This document shows positions 15,216 to 23,995 of a stretch of 24,000 nucleotides of DNA, piece by piece (position 1 is the stretch's first letter; each line of letters starts with the position of its first letter). The notes beneath the pieces were generated by a model. The model saw nothing but the letters and a program-made list of their open reading frames with translations. It was not told the DNA's origin and did no database searches. The position numbers and the translations under genes are program-made. Origin of the DNA: Pyrinomonadaceae bacterium (GTDB taxonomy: Bacteria; Acidobacteriota; Blastocatellia; Pyrinomonadales; Pyrinomonadaceae); contig DASUNL010000304.1 of NCBI GenBank assembly GCA_036277175.1, forward strand, positions 1 to 24,000. Reading direction: 5' to 3'.

Positions 15216-15332
15216 CCCTCCCGCGCCGCCGCCGCCCCGCACACGCCGCCGCCCTTACACGACGACGGCCGCCCCTCACGCAAGTCTCCGTATATTGCGA
15301 CGACGCGCCGTCGCGGGGCAAGAGCCGCGCGG

Positions 15333-15362
15333 TTGACAACCCCCCGCCCACTTACGTAAATT
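15333..15362 (+). promoter_or_regulatory. Putative promoter of tRNA-Gln
   Basis: Consensus -35 TTGACA (15333-15338), 18-bp spacer, -10 TAAATT (15357-15362). The tRNA 5' end lies 18 nt downstream. Confidence 0.5.
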
Positions 15363-15379
15363 TTCTGACACGCACTTCA

Positions 15380-15450
15380 TTGGGAGGTCGTCTAACGGTA
15401 AGACTGCGGACTCTGGATCCGCCTATCGGGGTTCGAATCCCTGCCTCCCA
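15380..15450 (+). tRNA. tRNA-Gln (anticodon CUG)
   Basis: Hand-folded cloverleaf. Acceptor stem TGGGAGG/CCTCCCA with the U1-A72 pair typical of bacterial tRNA-Gln. Anticodon stem GCGGA/TCCGC with loop CT-CTG-GA. T-arm with GGTTCGAATCC. Discriminator G. CCA is not encoded. Confidence 0.9.
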
Positions 15451-15470
15451 GTTCACCCACTTAATTAAGT

Positions 15471-15497
15471 TAAGGGCGACCTTCGGGCCGCCCTTTC
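15471..15497 (+). terminator. Terminator hairpin after tRNA-Gln
   Basis: AAGGGCGACC-TTCG-GGCCGCCCTT (one mismatch, TTCG tetraloop) followed by TCTT. Confidence 0.6.
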
Positions 15498-15551
15498 TTA
15501 CTTCGTGTGCTTGGAGTGTGCCCGCCGTCGAGTGGATAAACTCGCGCGTCC

Positions 15552-16586
15552 CTAATGCTTCGCGCTCGCGAACGCGCCGGGGCTATGTCCTGTCCAGCGT
15601 TTGAAGGCGCGCGAGAAGGCGGCCGGGTCGGAGAAGCCGACGAGGTATGCGGTCTCGTTCACCGAAACCTTCCGGCCGCGCAGGTAGTCGAGCGCCATCG
15701 TGCGGCGCAGTTCGTCGAGCACCTTCTCGAAGGTCACGCCCTCCGCTTTCAACTTGCGAAACAGAGTCTGTCGGCTGACCCCGAGCTTGCGCGCAATGGT
15801 CAACATGTCCGCGTCGCCCGTGTGCATGATGGGCATCAACAAACTCTCGACGCGGCCCCGCGTGGTCTTCGACCGCTCAAGGCGTTCGAGCAGCTCCTCC
15901 GCGTGCGCGCTCAGGATGCCGAACACGTAACGCGAGGCGTGCGGGTTTCGGTGGGTCAGCCAAGCGTCGTCGGTGAGCAGCGCGTTCCGGTCGCTCTCGA
16001 ACACGACGGGCACGCGGAACACGCGCTCGTACTCGGCGCGGTACTCCGGCGGCGCGTGTGTAAAGTGGACGGCTTTGATGAACTGTGATTCGGGGAACCA
16101 GCGGCGCGACGTGCAGACCATCCGCGCGAAGGACGTCTCGGCGAACTCAGGAAAGTCGTCCGCGTTTTGGAGCGTGTCAACCACCCAGAGCTGCCCCGCG
16201 CTGCGCTTGAGGACGAAGCGGTCGCGTCCCTTGCCGTCGTCAACGACCAGCCGCGCGTAACGGTTGAACTGCGCGAAGCCGTCCGCCATCGTTTCGGACG
16301 CGCGGCCAATTAAGCCGACGACCGAAACTTCCGCGAAATCGACGGCCTCGCCGTAGTGCAAGGCGAGCGCGGGGTCTCGGCACAACTCCTTGCCCGCCCG
16401 CATGAGCGCGACGTACTTCGCGAAGGGGATGCGTCTGTCTTGGTCTTGCAACTCCGCCGGGTCGAGCCCGGAGCGCGCGGCCAAGACCTCGCGGCTGGCC
16501 CCCTTCGCCACCGCCAGCTCCATCAACGCGCGCGCGTTACCGGCCGCGATGGTCGGCTCAGTCATCCCTTCGTCGTTCCCTGTCAC
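15552..16586 (-). CDS. AraC/XylS family transcriptional regulator with AraC-type ligand-binding N-terminal domain
   Basis: C-terminal double HTH: 'MLTIARKLGVSRQTLFRKLKAEG', then 'VNETAYLVGFSDPAAFSRAFKRWTG.SP'. The N-terminal roughly 230 aa resemble the OruR/VirS-type Arabinose_bd-like domain. Confidence 0.85.
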   Translation of the reverse strand: MTGNDEGMTEPTIAAGNARALMELAVAKGASREVLAARSGLDPAELQDQDRRIPFAKYVALMRAGKELCRDPALALHYGEAVDFAEVSVVGLIGRASETMADGFAQFNRYARLVVDDGKGRDRFVLKRSAGQLWVVDTLQNADDFPEFAETSFARMVCTSRRWFPESQFIKAVHFTHAPPEYRAEYERVFRVPVVFESDRNALLTDDAWLTHRNPHASRYVFGILSAHAEELLERLERSKTTRGRVESLLMPIMHTGDADMLTIARKLGVSRQTLFRKLKAEGVTFEKVLDELRRTMALDYLRGRKVSVNETAYLVGFSDPAAFSRAFKRWTGHSPGAFASAKH

Positions 16587-16767
16587 CTGCGGTCATGCTT
16601 TTGGTACGTGGCATCATGTACAGTGCCGCCGCCGTGCGTATGCTACACCAGCGGAATACGCGCGAAGTGGTCGGCCGGTTTCGGCGCGACCCGGCGGCGG
16701 TCTGCTATCACAATCGAGCGTCGAGTTAAACTTCATGTGAACCCGCTCCCTTTACCGGAGGACTCTA

Positions 16768-17259
16768 ATGTTGAAACGACTTCTTCCCTCGCACATCGAC
16801 AACACGTATCAAGGTCACAAGGCCGCGCTCTGGCTCTTCGCGCTACTCGTCTTGATGAAGAGCGTCATCAGCCTCAACTCCATCTTCGACGGCTACGACG
16901 TTGCCACCAGCGCCGACGGTATCCCGCTCGACACGTTCACGCCGGCCGGCGCGCAAGCCGTGGTCTCCGCGTTCGCGGCGTGGGGACTGGCGCAGCTCGT
17001 CATCTGCCTGCTGTGTCTTTTGGTCTTAGTTCGGTATCGCTCCGTGCTGCCCTTCATGTTCGCGCTACTCCTGCTCGAACACCTGTGCCGGAGGCTTCTT
17101 TTCTGGTTCATGCCCATCGTCAGGACTGGTGCGCCGCCCGGCTTCTACGTGAATCTCATACTCACCGCTCTGATGGTCGTCGGCGTCGCGCTGTCGCTGT
17201 GGAGACGCGGCGGCGGCCGGGCGCGGGCTGTTGAGAAGGGCGACTCGTCGCCGACGTAA
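16768..17259 (+). CDS. Hypothetical integral membrane protein (about 4 TM helices)
   Basis: GGAGG lies 7 nt upstream of the ATG. It has four hydrophobic segments. Divergent from the AraC gene across a 181-bp AT-richer gap. No recognisable family motif. Confidence 0.7.
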   Translation: MLKRLLPSHIDNTYQGHKAALWLFALLVLMKSVISLNSIFDGYDVATSADGIPLDTFTPAGAQAVVSAFAAWGLAQLVICLLCLLVLVRYRSVLPFMFALLLLEHLCRRLLFWFMPIVRTGAPPGFYVNLILTALMVVGVALSLWRRGGGRARAVEKGDSSPT

Positions 17260-17387
17260 CTCGCTTCGGGAAGTCCAAAATGATGGACTCAAATCCAGTG
17301 TGACGAAACATCTCGCGAAACTCATCCGTATCAGTGGAGGGCGGCGCTACCCGGAAGCAATTCCAACAGTCAGCTAAGGAGTAGACA

Positions 17388-18689
17388 ATGAAGTCACGAT
17401 TGCTCACTACGATGGCATCGCTCTGCCTGTGCGTCTCGGCCCTGTCGGTTACAGCGCCCGCCAGCATGACCGCTTCGGCCGCCGACTGGCCCCAGTGGCG
17501 AGGCCCGGAGCGCGACGGGATATCGAAAGACAGCGGCCTTCTCAAACAATGGCCGGCGGGCGGGCCGAAGCTGCTCTGGCAGGTCAACGACATCGGCGAC
17601 GGCTATTCGACGCCGGTGGTCGTCGGCTCGCGCATCTACGTGATGAGCAATCGCGGCATGGAGAACGAGTTCGTTCAGGCGCTCTCGACTCAGGACGGAA
17701 AACCCATCTGGACGACGCGCGTCGGCAACGTCGGCAACCCGAATCAGAATCCTCCTTATGCGAAGGCTCGTTCCACTCCGACCGTCGACGGAGACTTCGT
17801 CTACGCGCTCGGCTCGGACGGCGACCTCGTCTGCCTCGAAGCCAAGAGCGGCAAGATTCGTTGGCAGAAGAACATCCGTCAAGAGTTCGGCGGCCAGCCG
17901 GGCGAGTGGGCCTACGCGGAGTCGCCGCTGGTTGATGGTGACGTCGTCGTCGTCACCCCCGGCGGCGCGCAGGCCACGCTGGCGGCGGTTAACAAAAAGA
18001 CGGGCGCGACGATTTGGAAATCGGCCGTGCCGGGCGGCGACGCGGCCGGGTATGCGTCGGCGGTTGTCGCGCAAGGCGGCGGGCGCAAACAGTACGTGCA
18101 GTTGTTGCCTAAAGGTATCGTCGGCGTCGACGCGAAGACGGGCCAGTTCCTCTGGCGTTACGCGGAGGCGGCCAAAGGCCCTGCGCAGTACATCACGCCG
18201 ATTGCGCACGGCGGTTACGTCTACGGCGGCGCGCTCGGCGTCGGCGGCGGACTCGTCCGCTTAAAGCCGGAGGGCGGCGGAGTCGCGGCCGAGCAAGTCT
18301 ACTTCGTGCGCGGACTCCCGAACGGCATCGGCGGGGCGGTGCTCGTCGGCGAACACCTCTACGGCACGGAGGCGGGACAGAAGCTGGTCGCGGCCGAGTT
18401 CATGACGGGGAAGGTGAAGTGGCAGGCCGACACCATCGGGTGGTCGTCGATAGCCTACGCCGACGGGCATCTATACCTGCACGGCATCGACGGAAGTTTA
18501 GCCTTGGTCGAAGCGACGCCCGAAGGGTATCGAGAGAAGGGACGATTCAAGCCGACGAATCTGCCGACGAGGAAAAAGGTCGGGCCGTTTCCGGAGGCCG
18601 CGTTCACGTACCCCGTCATCGCCAACGGGAGGCTCTACATACGCGACCTCGGGACGCTTTGGGCCTACGACATCAAGGCCGGGCGCTAG
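17388..18689 (+). CDS. Secreted PQQ-like (BamB-type) beta-propeller repeat protein
   Basis: AAGGAG-type RBS. Signal peptide ending 'ASA/ADWPQWRGPERDG', a hallmark N-terminus of this family. Repeated 'G.(I/V)Y..(S/G)..G.L.(A/C)(L/V)(D/E)...GK..W' blades are present. Confidence 0.85.
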   Translation: MKSRLLTTMASLCLCVSALSVTAPASMTASAADWPQWRGPERDGISKDSGLLKQWPAGGPKLLWQVNDIGDGYSTPVVVGSRIYVMSNRGMENEFVQALSTQDGKPIWTTRVGNVGNPNQNPPYAKARSTPTVDGDFVYALGSDGDLVCLEAKSGKIRWQKNIRQEFGGQPGEWAYAESPLVDGDVVVVTPGGAQATLAAVNKKTGATIWKSAVPGGDAAGYASAVVAQGGGRKQYVQLLPKGIVGVDAKTGQFLWRYAEAAKGPAQYITPIAHGGYVYGGALGVGGGLVRLKPEGGGVAAEQVYFVRGLPNGIGGAVLVGEHLYGTEAGQKLVAAEFMTGKVKWQADTIGWSSIAYADGHLYLHGIDGSLALVEATPEGYREKGRFKPTNLPTRKKVGPFPEAAFTYPVIANGRLYIRDLGTLWAYDIKAGR

Positions 18690-18784
18690 GCGCTGACGCC
18701 GTTAGGAATTGAAACCCGACGTCGGGTCTTTCCGCACGTCGCCGCGTCTCCCGGTTCTAAAAGGTCGCGGCATGAAGGGCAGCC

Positions 18785-18811
18785 GAAGGGCTGCCCTTTT
18801 TGCTTGTTCGA
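18785..18811 (+). terminator. Rho-independent terminator
   Basis: AAGGGCAGCC-GAAG-GGCTGCCCTT stem-loop followed by a T5 run, about 100 nt after the beta-propeller stop. Confidence 0.75.
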
Positions 18812-18902
18812 CGGCGGGCGCGTGTGCATCGTCGTACTCGACGCGGGCGGGGCGTTAAGACTCTCGGCCGGGTGGGTGTTAAGATGCCGCCCGCGAAACG
18901 TC

Positions 18903-19676
18903 ATGCTCGATATCGCAGAAATCGCCGCGCGCTATGACACGGACAAGGCCGTCCACACGCACTACCTGCGCAACTACGAGGAGTACTTCGGCCCCTTGCG
19001 CGGGGAGGCGGTGCGTCTCTTTGAGCTGGGCATCAAGGAGGGCGGGTCGCTCCTTCTGTGGCGCGACTACTTCGAGCGCGGCCTCGTCGTCGGCCTCGAC
19101 ATCGAACCCGCGCGGCTCGAAGACGCGACCGGCCGCATACGCACCTATCAGGGCATGCAGCAGGACACGAAGCTACTCGACCGCATCGCGCGCGAGTGCG
19201 CGCCCGAGGGCTTCGACATCATCATCGACGACTGCTCGCACATCGGCGCGCTCACGCGCCTGAGCTTCTGGCACCTCTTCGACCGTCACTTGAAACCCGG
19301 CGGCGTCTACGTCATCGAGGACTGGGGCACGGGCTACTGGGACTCTTGGCTCGACGGCGTCGGCTATCGTCGCGACGCGCAACTCTTCCACCCCAAGCTC
19401 TACCGTCTGACGCGCGCCTTCGCGCGACTCCAACAGAGCGCGGCGCTTCGGCGCGTGCCGCTCGCGGGCCGACTCCTCGCGCGGGCCAAGCGTGCGGTCG
19501 TCGGCCGCCAGTATCGCAGCCACGACTTCGGCATGGTCGGGTTCGTCAAAGAGCTCGTTGACGAGCTCGGCGCGCGCGACATCACGCACCCCCTGCACGG
19601 CGCGCCGCCGCAGCGTTCGTCGAAGTTCCGCGAGCTTCGCGTCTCGCCGAGCCACCTGTTCGTCGTCAAAGCCTAA
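18903..19676 (+). CDS. Class I SAM-dependent methyltransferase ('(G/D)TDK...H-x-Y' family)
   Basis: 'YDTDKAVHTHYLRNYEEYF', 'LFELGIKEGGSLLLWRDYF..GLVVGLDIEP', 'FDIIIDDCSH' and 'LKPGGVYVIED' form the Rossmann methyltransferase motif series. ATG 18903 is preferred over 18804. Confidence 0.7.
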   Translation: MLDIAEIAARYDTDKAVHTHYLRNYEEYFGPLRGEAVRLFELGIKEGGSLLLWRDYFERGLVVGLDIEPARLEDATGRIRTYQGMQQDTKLLDRIARECAPEGFDIIIDDCSHIGALTRLSFWHLFDRHLKPGGVYVIEDWGTGYWDSWLDGVGYRRDAQLFHPKLYRLTRAFARLQQSAALRRVPLAGRLLARAKRAVVGRQYRSHDFGMVGFVKELVDELGARDITHPLHGAPPQRSSKFRELRVSPSHLFVVKA

Positions 19677-22600
19677 GCCGAGTGCGCGGCGGGCTCGGTG
19701 CGCTCAAGCTCCCTGCGCATCCCCAGACGCGCGAAGATTTCCCGCGCCTCGGTGAGCATCTCGCGCCCGCGCTCGGCGTCGCCGCGCCGAAGCTCCGAGC
19801 GCGCCCAGTCGCGCAAGGTGCGCGCGCGCTCGGCCTCCGCGCCCATCAACGTGAAGACGCGCAGGCTCTCGGCGAAACACTCGCGCGCCGTGTAGTCGCG
19901 GCCCTCGACCGTCACCGACGCGCGCCCCAGTCCCGACGCGACGAGGCCGAGCGCGCGCCACGCGCTCGCGATGTAGTCCTGATTCTCGGCCCTCTGTCCC
20001 AAGCTCAATGCGACGAGCGCAGTCTCGCGCGCCTCTTCCACCTTCCCCTGCCCGCGAAAACTCTCTGCCAAGTAACAGTAGATCATCGAGAGCGCGAAGT
20101 GCGCGCCCTCGCCCGCCAGCGTCACGGCCTCGCGCAGATTCGACTCGGCCGCCGCGTACTCTTCGAGTCCTATCTGCGCGCCCGCGAGGTTTCCCAAGCC
20201 GGGCAGCTCGCACGTCCGCTCACCCACCTCGCGAAAGATTGAAAGCGCCTCGGTGTAACGCTCGACCGCGCGCTCGTAGTCGCCCTGCAGGTGCGAGATG
20301 ACGCCGAGGTTGTTGAGCATGAAGCCGATGTTGCGGCGGTCGCCCGACTGGCGCAGTAAATCCAACGACTGCGCGAAGCATTCCTCGGCCTCCTTGAAAC
20401 GCCCCTGCGTCTCGTGCGCCACGCCGAGCAGGCGCAGACCGTTGGCGCGCGCGTGCCGACGGCCTTCGGCCATCGTGTCGCTTAGGTCGAGCAGACGACG
20501 ACCCAAACCCTCGACGCTCGCGGCGTCGCCGAGACGGTGCGAGGCCAGCCCGTGACGGTTGAGCGCGACGGCCTCCTCGGCCTTCGCCGCCGCGTCGTCT
20601 CCGCCCGCGCGCGCAAGTCCTTCGGCCCGCCGCGCGCTCTCAAGGGCCGCGCGGTTGTCGCCCCGATACTCCTGCACGGCCGTCAGCCCGTTCCACGCGC
20701 GCGCCTGCGCGACCACATCGCCCGCCGCCTCGGCACGCTCCAACATCCGCGCGAACGCCTCGACCGCCTCGCCGTAGCGCGCCTGCATCGTCAAGACTTC
20801 GCCGAGTCCGCCGCACCACTTAATCGCCGCCGCCTCGCTCGCGCGGCCGTCGCCTTTAGCCTCCGCGTCGCTCAGGAATTCGAGCGCCTTGCGGTAGAAG
20901 CCGATGGCTGCCTCGGGCGCGTAAGAGGCGCGCGCCTGCGCGCCCGCGCGCCCGTACCACTCCATCGCGCGCGCCGCGTCGCGCGCGCGCTCGTAGTGCT
21001 CGGCGATGACGGCGGCGTACTCCTCTACGCGCCCGCCGCTACGCGCGATGAGCCACCGCGCAGTCTCGCCGTGCAACCGCCGACGCTCGCGCTTCAAAAC
21101 GTTCTCGTAAGCGACGCCGCGCAAAATCGCGTGCTTGAAGATGTACTCGCGCGTCCCCGTAAAGGCCGACGACTCGCGCCGGTAGACGAGCTCCCTCCTT
21201 CGCAAGACTTCGAGCGCCTCGGCCGTGTCGCCCTCCTCGTCGCCCTGACCGCGCTCGGACGAAGCGCGCGAGAACTGTTCGAGCGCGTCCTCCCAGAACT
21301 CGCGCCCGATGACCGACGCGCGTTGAAGAACGACGCGCTCCCAAGGCGTCAGCACGTCGAGACGCGCTTGCAGCACGCCCGTCAAAGTCTGAGGCACGCG
21401 GACTTCGACCAGACGGCTCGCGTCCACGCGCCAGCGGTCGGCCGAAGGCAAAATCACGCGCTGGTCGATGAGCATCTTAATCAACTCCTCGACGTAAAAA
21501 GGATTCCCCTCGGCGGCGCTCACGACCAACTCGCGCAAGGCGTGCGGAATCGACTGCGCGTTACGCAAAATCTCCTCGACAAGCTGCCTGCTCTCGCGCC
21601 GCGTGAGCGGCTGCAAAGTGAGCCGCGCGTGATTCGCCAACCCTTCGCCCCACGCTGGACGACGCTCCAAAAGGTCTGTCCGCGCGAATCCCAAGATGAG
21701 CAGCGGCGCGTCGGCGCAGTCGCGCGCGAGCTGCGCGACGAAGTCGAGCGAGCCGTCGTCGGCCCAATGCAAGTCGTCGAGATAGACGACGGCCGGCGCG
21801 GCGCGCGCGACCTCGCGGAAGAACTGCGCGGCGTAGTGGAAGGCGCGGCCGCGCACCTGCTTGACGTCGTCGAGGATGCCCGCGAGATAAGGGCTCGCCG
21901 AGAAGTCGAGGCCGATGAGGTGGCCGACGAAGTGCGCGCGCGTCAGAGACTCTTCCGACGCGCCGAACAGCTCCGCCATGCCGCGCTCCATCTTCGCGCG
22001 CGCGACGTCCGCCGCGTCGCTCTCCTGCACGCCGAAGCGCGACGAGAAGAGGTCGCGCACGAGCGAATATGGCAGCCCGCGCGTCCACTGGCTCGCGCGC
22101 CCCTGAAAGATGGAGACGCGGTGCGGCAGGAGCTCGACCTCGTTGCTGAACTCGTAAAGCAGACGCGACTTGCCGAGTCCGGCGTCGCCGATGACGGTCA
22201 CGGCCTGAAGCTCCCGGTCTTCGACGACCGTCTCCAGCGCGTCTCTCATCCGCGCGAGCTCGGCCTCGCGTCCGACCATGCGCGTCTCGACGCCCTCGAC
22301 GCCGCGCGTGCGTACGCGGAAGGCGCGCGGCTTGGCGCGCTCGACCGAGTAGGTGCGCACAGGCTCGGCCCGCCCCTTCGCGCCCGGAAGCTCCATCTCG
22401 CGCACGTCGAAGATGCCGCGCACGTGTCGGTAGGTGTCGTGCGAGATGAGAATCGCGCCGACGGGCGCGGCCTGTTCCAGACGGTGCGCGACGTTGACGG
22501 CCGCGCCCGTCGCCGTCAACTCGCCGCGCGCCCCGTCCGCGCTCAGAAGCACCGCGCCCGTGTTGATGCCGACTCGCATTAAAGGCGCGGCGTCACGTTC

Positions 22601-23995
22601 AGGCACGGCCCTCTGCCCTTCGCCGTGCTCTTCTTCGCCCAAGTGCTCGCGTATGAACTCGGCGACCTCGCGCTGCATCCGTAGCGCGGCGCGCACCGCG
22701 TGCTCGGGGTCGTCCTCGCTCGCGCGCAGCGCGCCCCACAACGCCATCACCTCGTTGCCCATGTGGCGGTCGACCGTCCCGCCGAAGTCCATCACGGCCG
22801 CGTCCACGCGATTCCAAAGCCCGCGCATCACTTCGCTAACCTCCTCGGCGTCGAGCGTCTCGGTGAGCGCCGAAAGGCCGTAGAAATCCGCGAATAGCAC
22901 CGTGACCTGTTTGAGCTGTTCGCCCGAAAGTCGCGACGGCGCGCGCGCCTCGCGCGACGATGCGTCCGACTCGCGCATCCGACTCGGCGCGAACGCCGAA
23001 GCCCCCATCCTCTCGCCGCTCGCGTCGCCTTCGCGTCCGCGCGCGCGCCGCAGCTCCGTCTCGAACTCGACGCGCTGCTTGAGCCGTCGCAGGTCAATCC
23101 CCAAGTCCTTGACCGTTTGATAACGCTCCTCGCGGTCTTTGGCGAGCGCCTTCATCACGATGCGCTCAAGCTCGGCGGGCACGTCGGCCGAAGCTTGCGC
23201 GAGCGGCACGGGGTCGCGTTGGAGGACGGCGGCCATCACGTCGCTTGCGGTCGGCCCGTCGAACGGCGCGCGTCCCGCCGTCATCTCGTAGAGGACGACG
23301 CCGAGCGACCAGATGTCGGTGCGCTCGTCCACTTCGAGTCCGCGCGTCTGCTCCGGCGACATGTAGCCGCACGTGCCCATCACCATGCCGGGCCGCGTGT
23401 TGACGAGCGCGCGCGCGAGCGAATCGCTGTCGGACGTGACTCCGCCGTCGCCGCCGTCGCCCTTGGGCTTCGCGAGTCCGAAGTCCAAAACCTTGACGTA
23501 GCCGTCGGGCCTGACCATCAGGTTCTCAGGCTTCACGTCGCGGTGGACGACGCGCGCCGCGTGCGCGGCGGCGAGCGCGGCCGCCGTCTGGATGCCGAGG
23601 TCGAGCACCTCGGACGCGGGGCGCGGGCCTTGTTGCAGACGCTCGCGCAAAGTCTCGCCCTCGACGAACTCCGTGGCGATAAAACGCAAGGGGCCGTCCG
23701 CGCCAATCTCGTAGATGGTCAGGATGTTCGGGTGGTTTAAGGCGGAGGCGGCGCGCGCCTCCTGCTCGAAGCGTTGGACGCGCTCGGCGTCGGTGGTGAA
23801 CGAGGCGGGCAGGAGCTTGAGCGCGACCTTGCGTCCGAGCAAAGTGTCCTGCGCGAGATAGACCTTGCCCATCCCGCCCTCGCCGAGCGTCGAGACGATG
23901 CGGTAAGAGCCGACCGTCTGCCCCGCTTCGAGCGACGACCCGCCGTCGTCGGCCAGCATCATCCGTGCGGCCATCTGCGCGGCCGGGGCGGACAA
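19673..23995 (-). CDS. Multidomain sensor: Ser/Thr protein kinase, class III nucleotidyl cyclase-like domain, AAA_16 (STAND-like) ATPase and TPR array
   Basis: Kinase: 'GEGGMGKVY', 'VALK', 'HRDVKPEN', 'DFG', 'SPE'. Cyclase: 'VTVLFADFYGLS', 'GINTG', 'VNVAHRLE'. Walker A 'GDAGLGKS' (22166-22189), Walker B 'VVYLDDLHWAD'. The C-terminal roughly 450 aa are TPR-like repeats. The listed start is a TTG 5 nt from the window edge; ATG 23974 or a start beyond the window is also possible. Confidence 0.9.
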   Translation of the reverse strand: MSAPAAQMAARMMLADDGGSSLEAGQTVGSYRIVSTLGEGGMGKVYLAQDTLLGRKVALKLLPASFTTDAERVQRFEQEARAASALNHPNILTIYEIGADGPLRFIATEFVEGETLRERLQQGPRPASEVLDLGIQTAAALAAAHAARVVHRDVKPENLMVRPDGYVKVLDFGLAKPKGDGGDGGVTSDSDSLARALVNTRPGMVMGTCGYMSPEQTRGLEVDERTDIWSLGVVLYEMTAGRAPFDGPTASDVMAAVLQRDPVPLAQASADVPAELERIVMKALAKDREERYQTVKDLGIDLRRLKQRVEFETELRRARGREGDASGERMGASAFAPSRMRESDASSREARAPSRLSGEQLKQVTVLFADFYGLSALTETLDAEEVSEVMRGLWNRVDAAVMDFGGTVDRHMGNEVMALWGALRASEDDPEHAVRAALRMQREVAEFIREHLGEEEHGEGQRAVPERDAAPLMRVGINTGAVLLSADGARGELTATGAAVNVAHRLEQAAPVGAILISHDTYRHVRGIFDVREMELPGAKGRAEPVRTYSVERAKPRAFRVRTRGVEGVETRMVGREAELARMRDALETVVEDRELQAVTVIGDAGLGKSRLLYEFSNEVELLPHRVSIFQGRASQWTRGLPYSLVRDLFSSRFGVQESDAADVARAKMERGMAELFGASEESLTRAHFVGHLIGLDFSASPYLAGILDDVKQVRGRAFHYAAQFFREVARAAPAVVYLDDLHWADDGSLDFVAQLARDCADAPLLILGFARTDLLERRPAWGEGLANHARLTLQPLTRRESRQLVEEILRNAQSIPHALRELVVSAAEGNPFYVEELIKMLIDQRVILPSADRWRVDASRLVEVRVPQTLTGVLQARLDVLTPWERVVLQRASVIGREFWEDALEQFSRASSERGQGDEEGDTAEALEVLRRRELVYRRESSAFTGTREYIFKHAILRGVAYENVLKRERRRLHGETARWLIARSGGRVEEYAAVIAEHYERARDAARAMEWYGRAGAQARASYAPEAAIGFYRKALEFLSDAEAKGDGRASEAAAIKWCGGLGEVLTMQARYGEAVEAFARMLERAEAAGDVVAQARAWNGLTAVQEYRGDNRAALESARRAEGLARAGGDDAAAKAEEAVALNRHGLASHRLGDAASVEGLGRRLLDLSDTMAEGRRHARANGLRLLGVAHETQGRFKEAEECFAQSLDLLRQSGDRRNIGFMLNNLGVISHLQGDYERAVERYTEALSIFREVGERTCELPGLGNLAGAQIGLEEYAAAESNLREAVTLAGEGAHFALSMIYCYLAESFRGQGKVEEARETALVALSLGQRAENQDYIASAWRALGLVASGLGRASVTVEGRDYTARECFAESLRVFTLMGAEAERARTLRDWARSELRRGDAERGREMLTEAREIFARLGMRRELERTEPAAHSA

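Noticed and set aside
15461-15468. TTAATTAA palindrome after the tRNA
   Set aside because: It is a short AT palindrome (a PacI site) in a spacer, and nothing suggests function beyond chance.
15380-15551. tRNA-Gln as an integration site marking a genomic island or prophage boundary
   Set aside because: No integrase, recombinase or phage genes lie on either side. I did not notice a second copy of the tRNA 3' end (…GGTTCGAATCCCTGCCTCCCA) elsewhere in the window. Flanking genes have the same GC-rich composition. A by-eye repeat search is not exhaustive.
17394-18209. 271-aa minus-strand ORF
   Set aside because: It is antisense to the beta-propeller gene, which has a signal peptide, an SD and repeated blades.
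20537-22582. 681-aa ORF on the plus strand, the second-longest in the window
   Set aside because: It lies entirely antisense to the motif-rich kinase-cyclase-AAA-TPR gene. The translation is Arg/Ala/Leu-rich low complexity with no recognisable motifs and no SD. It is a typical shadow ORF of GC-rich DNA.
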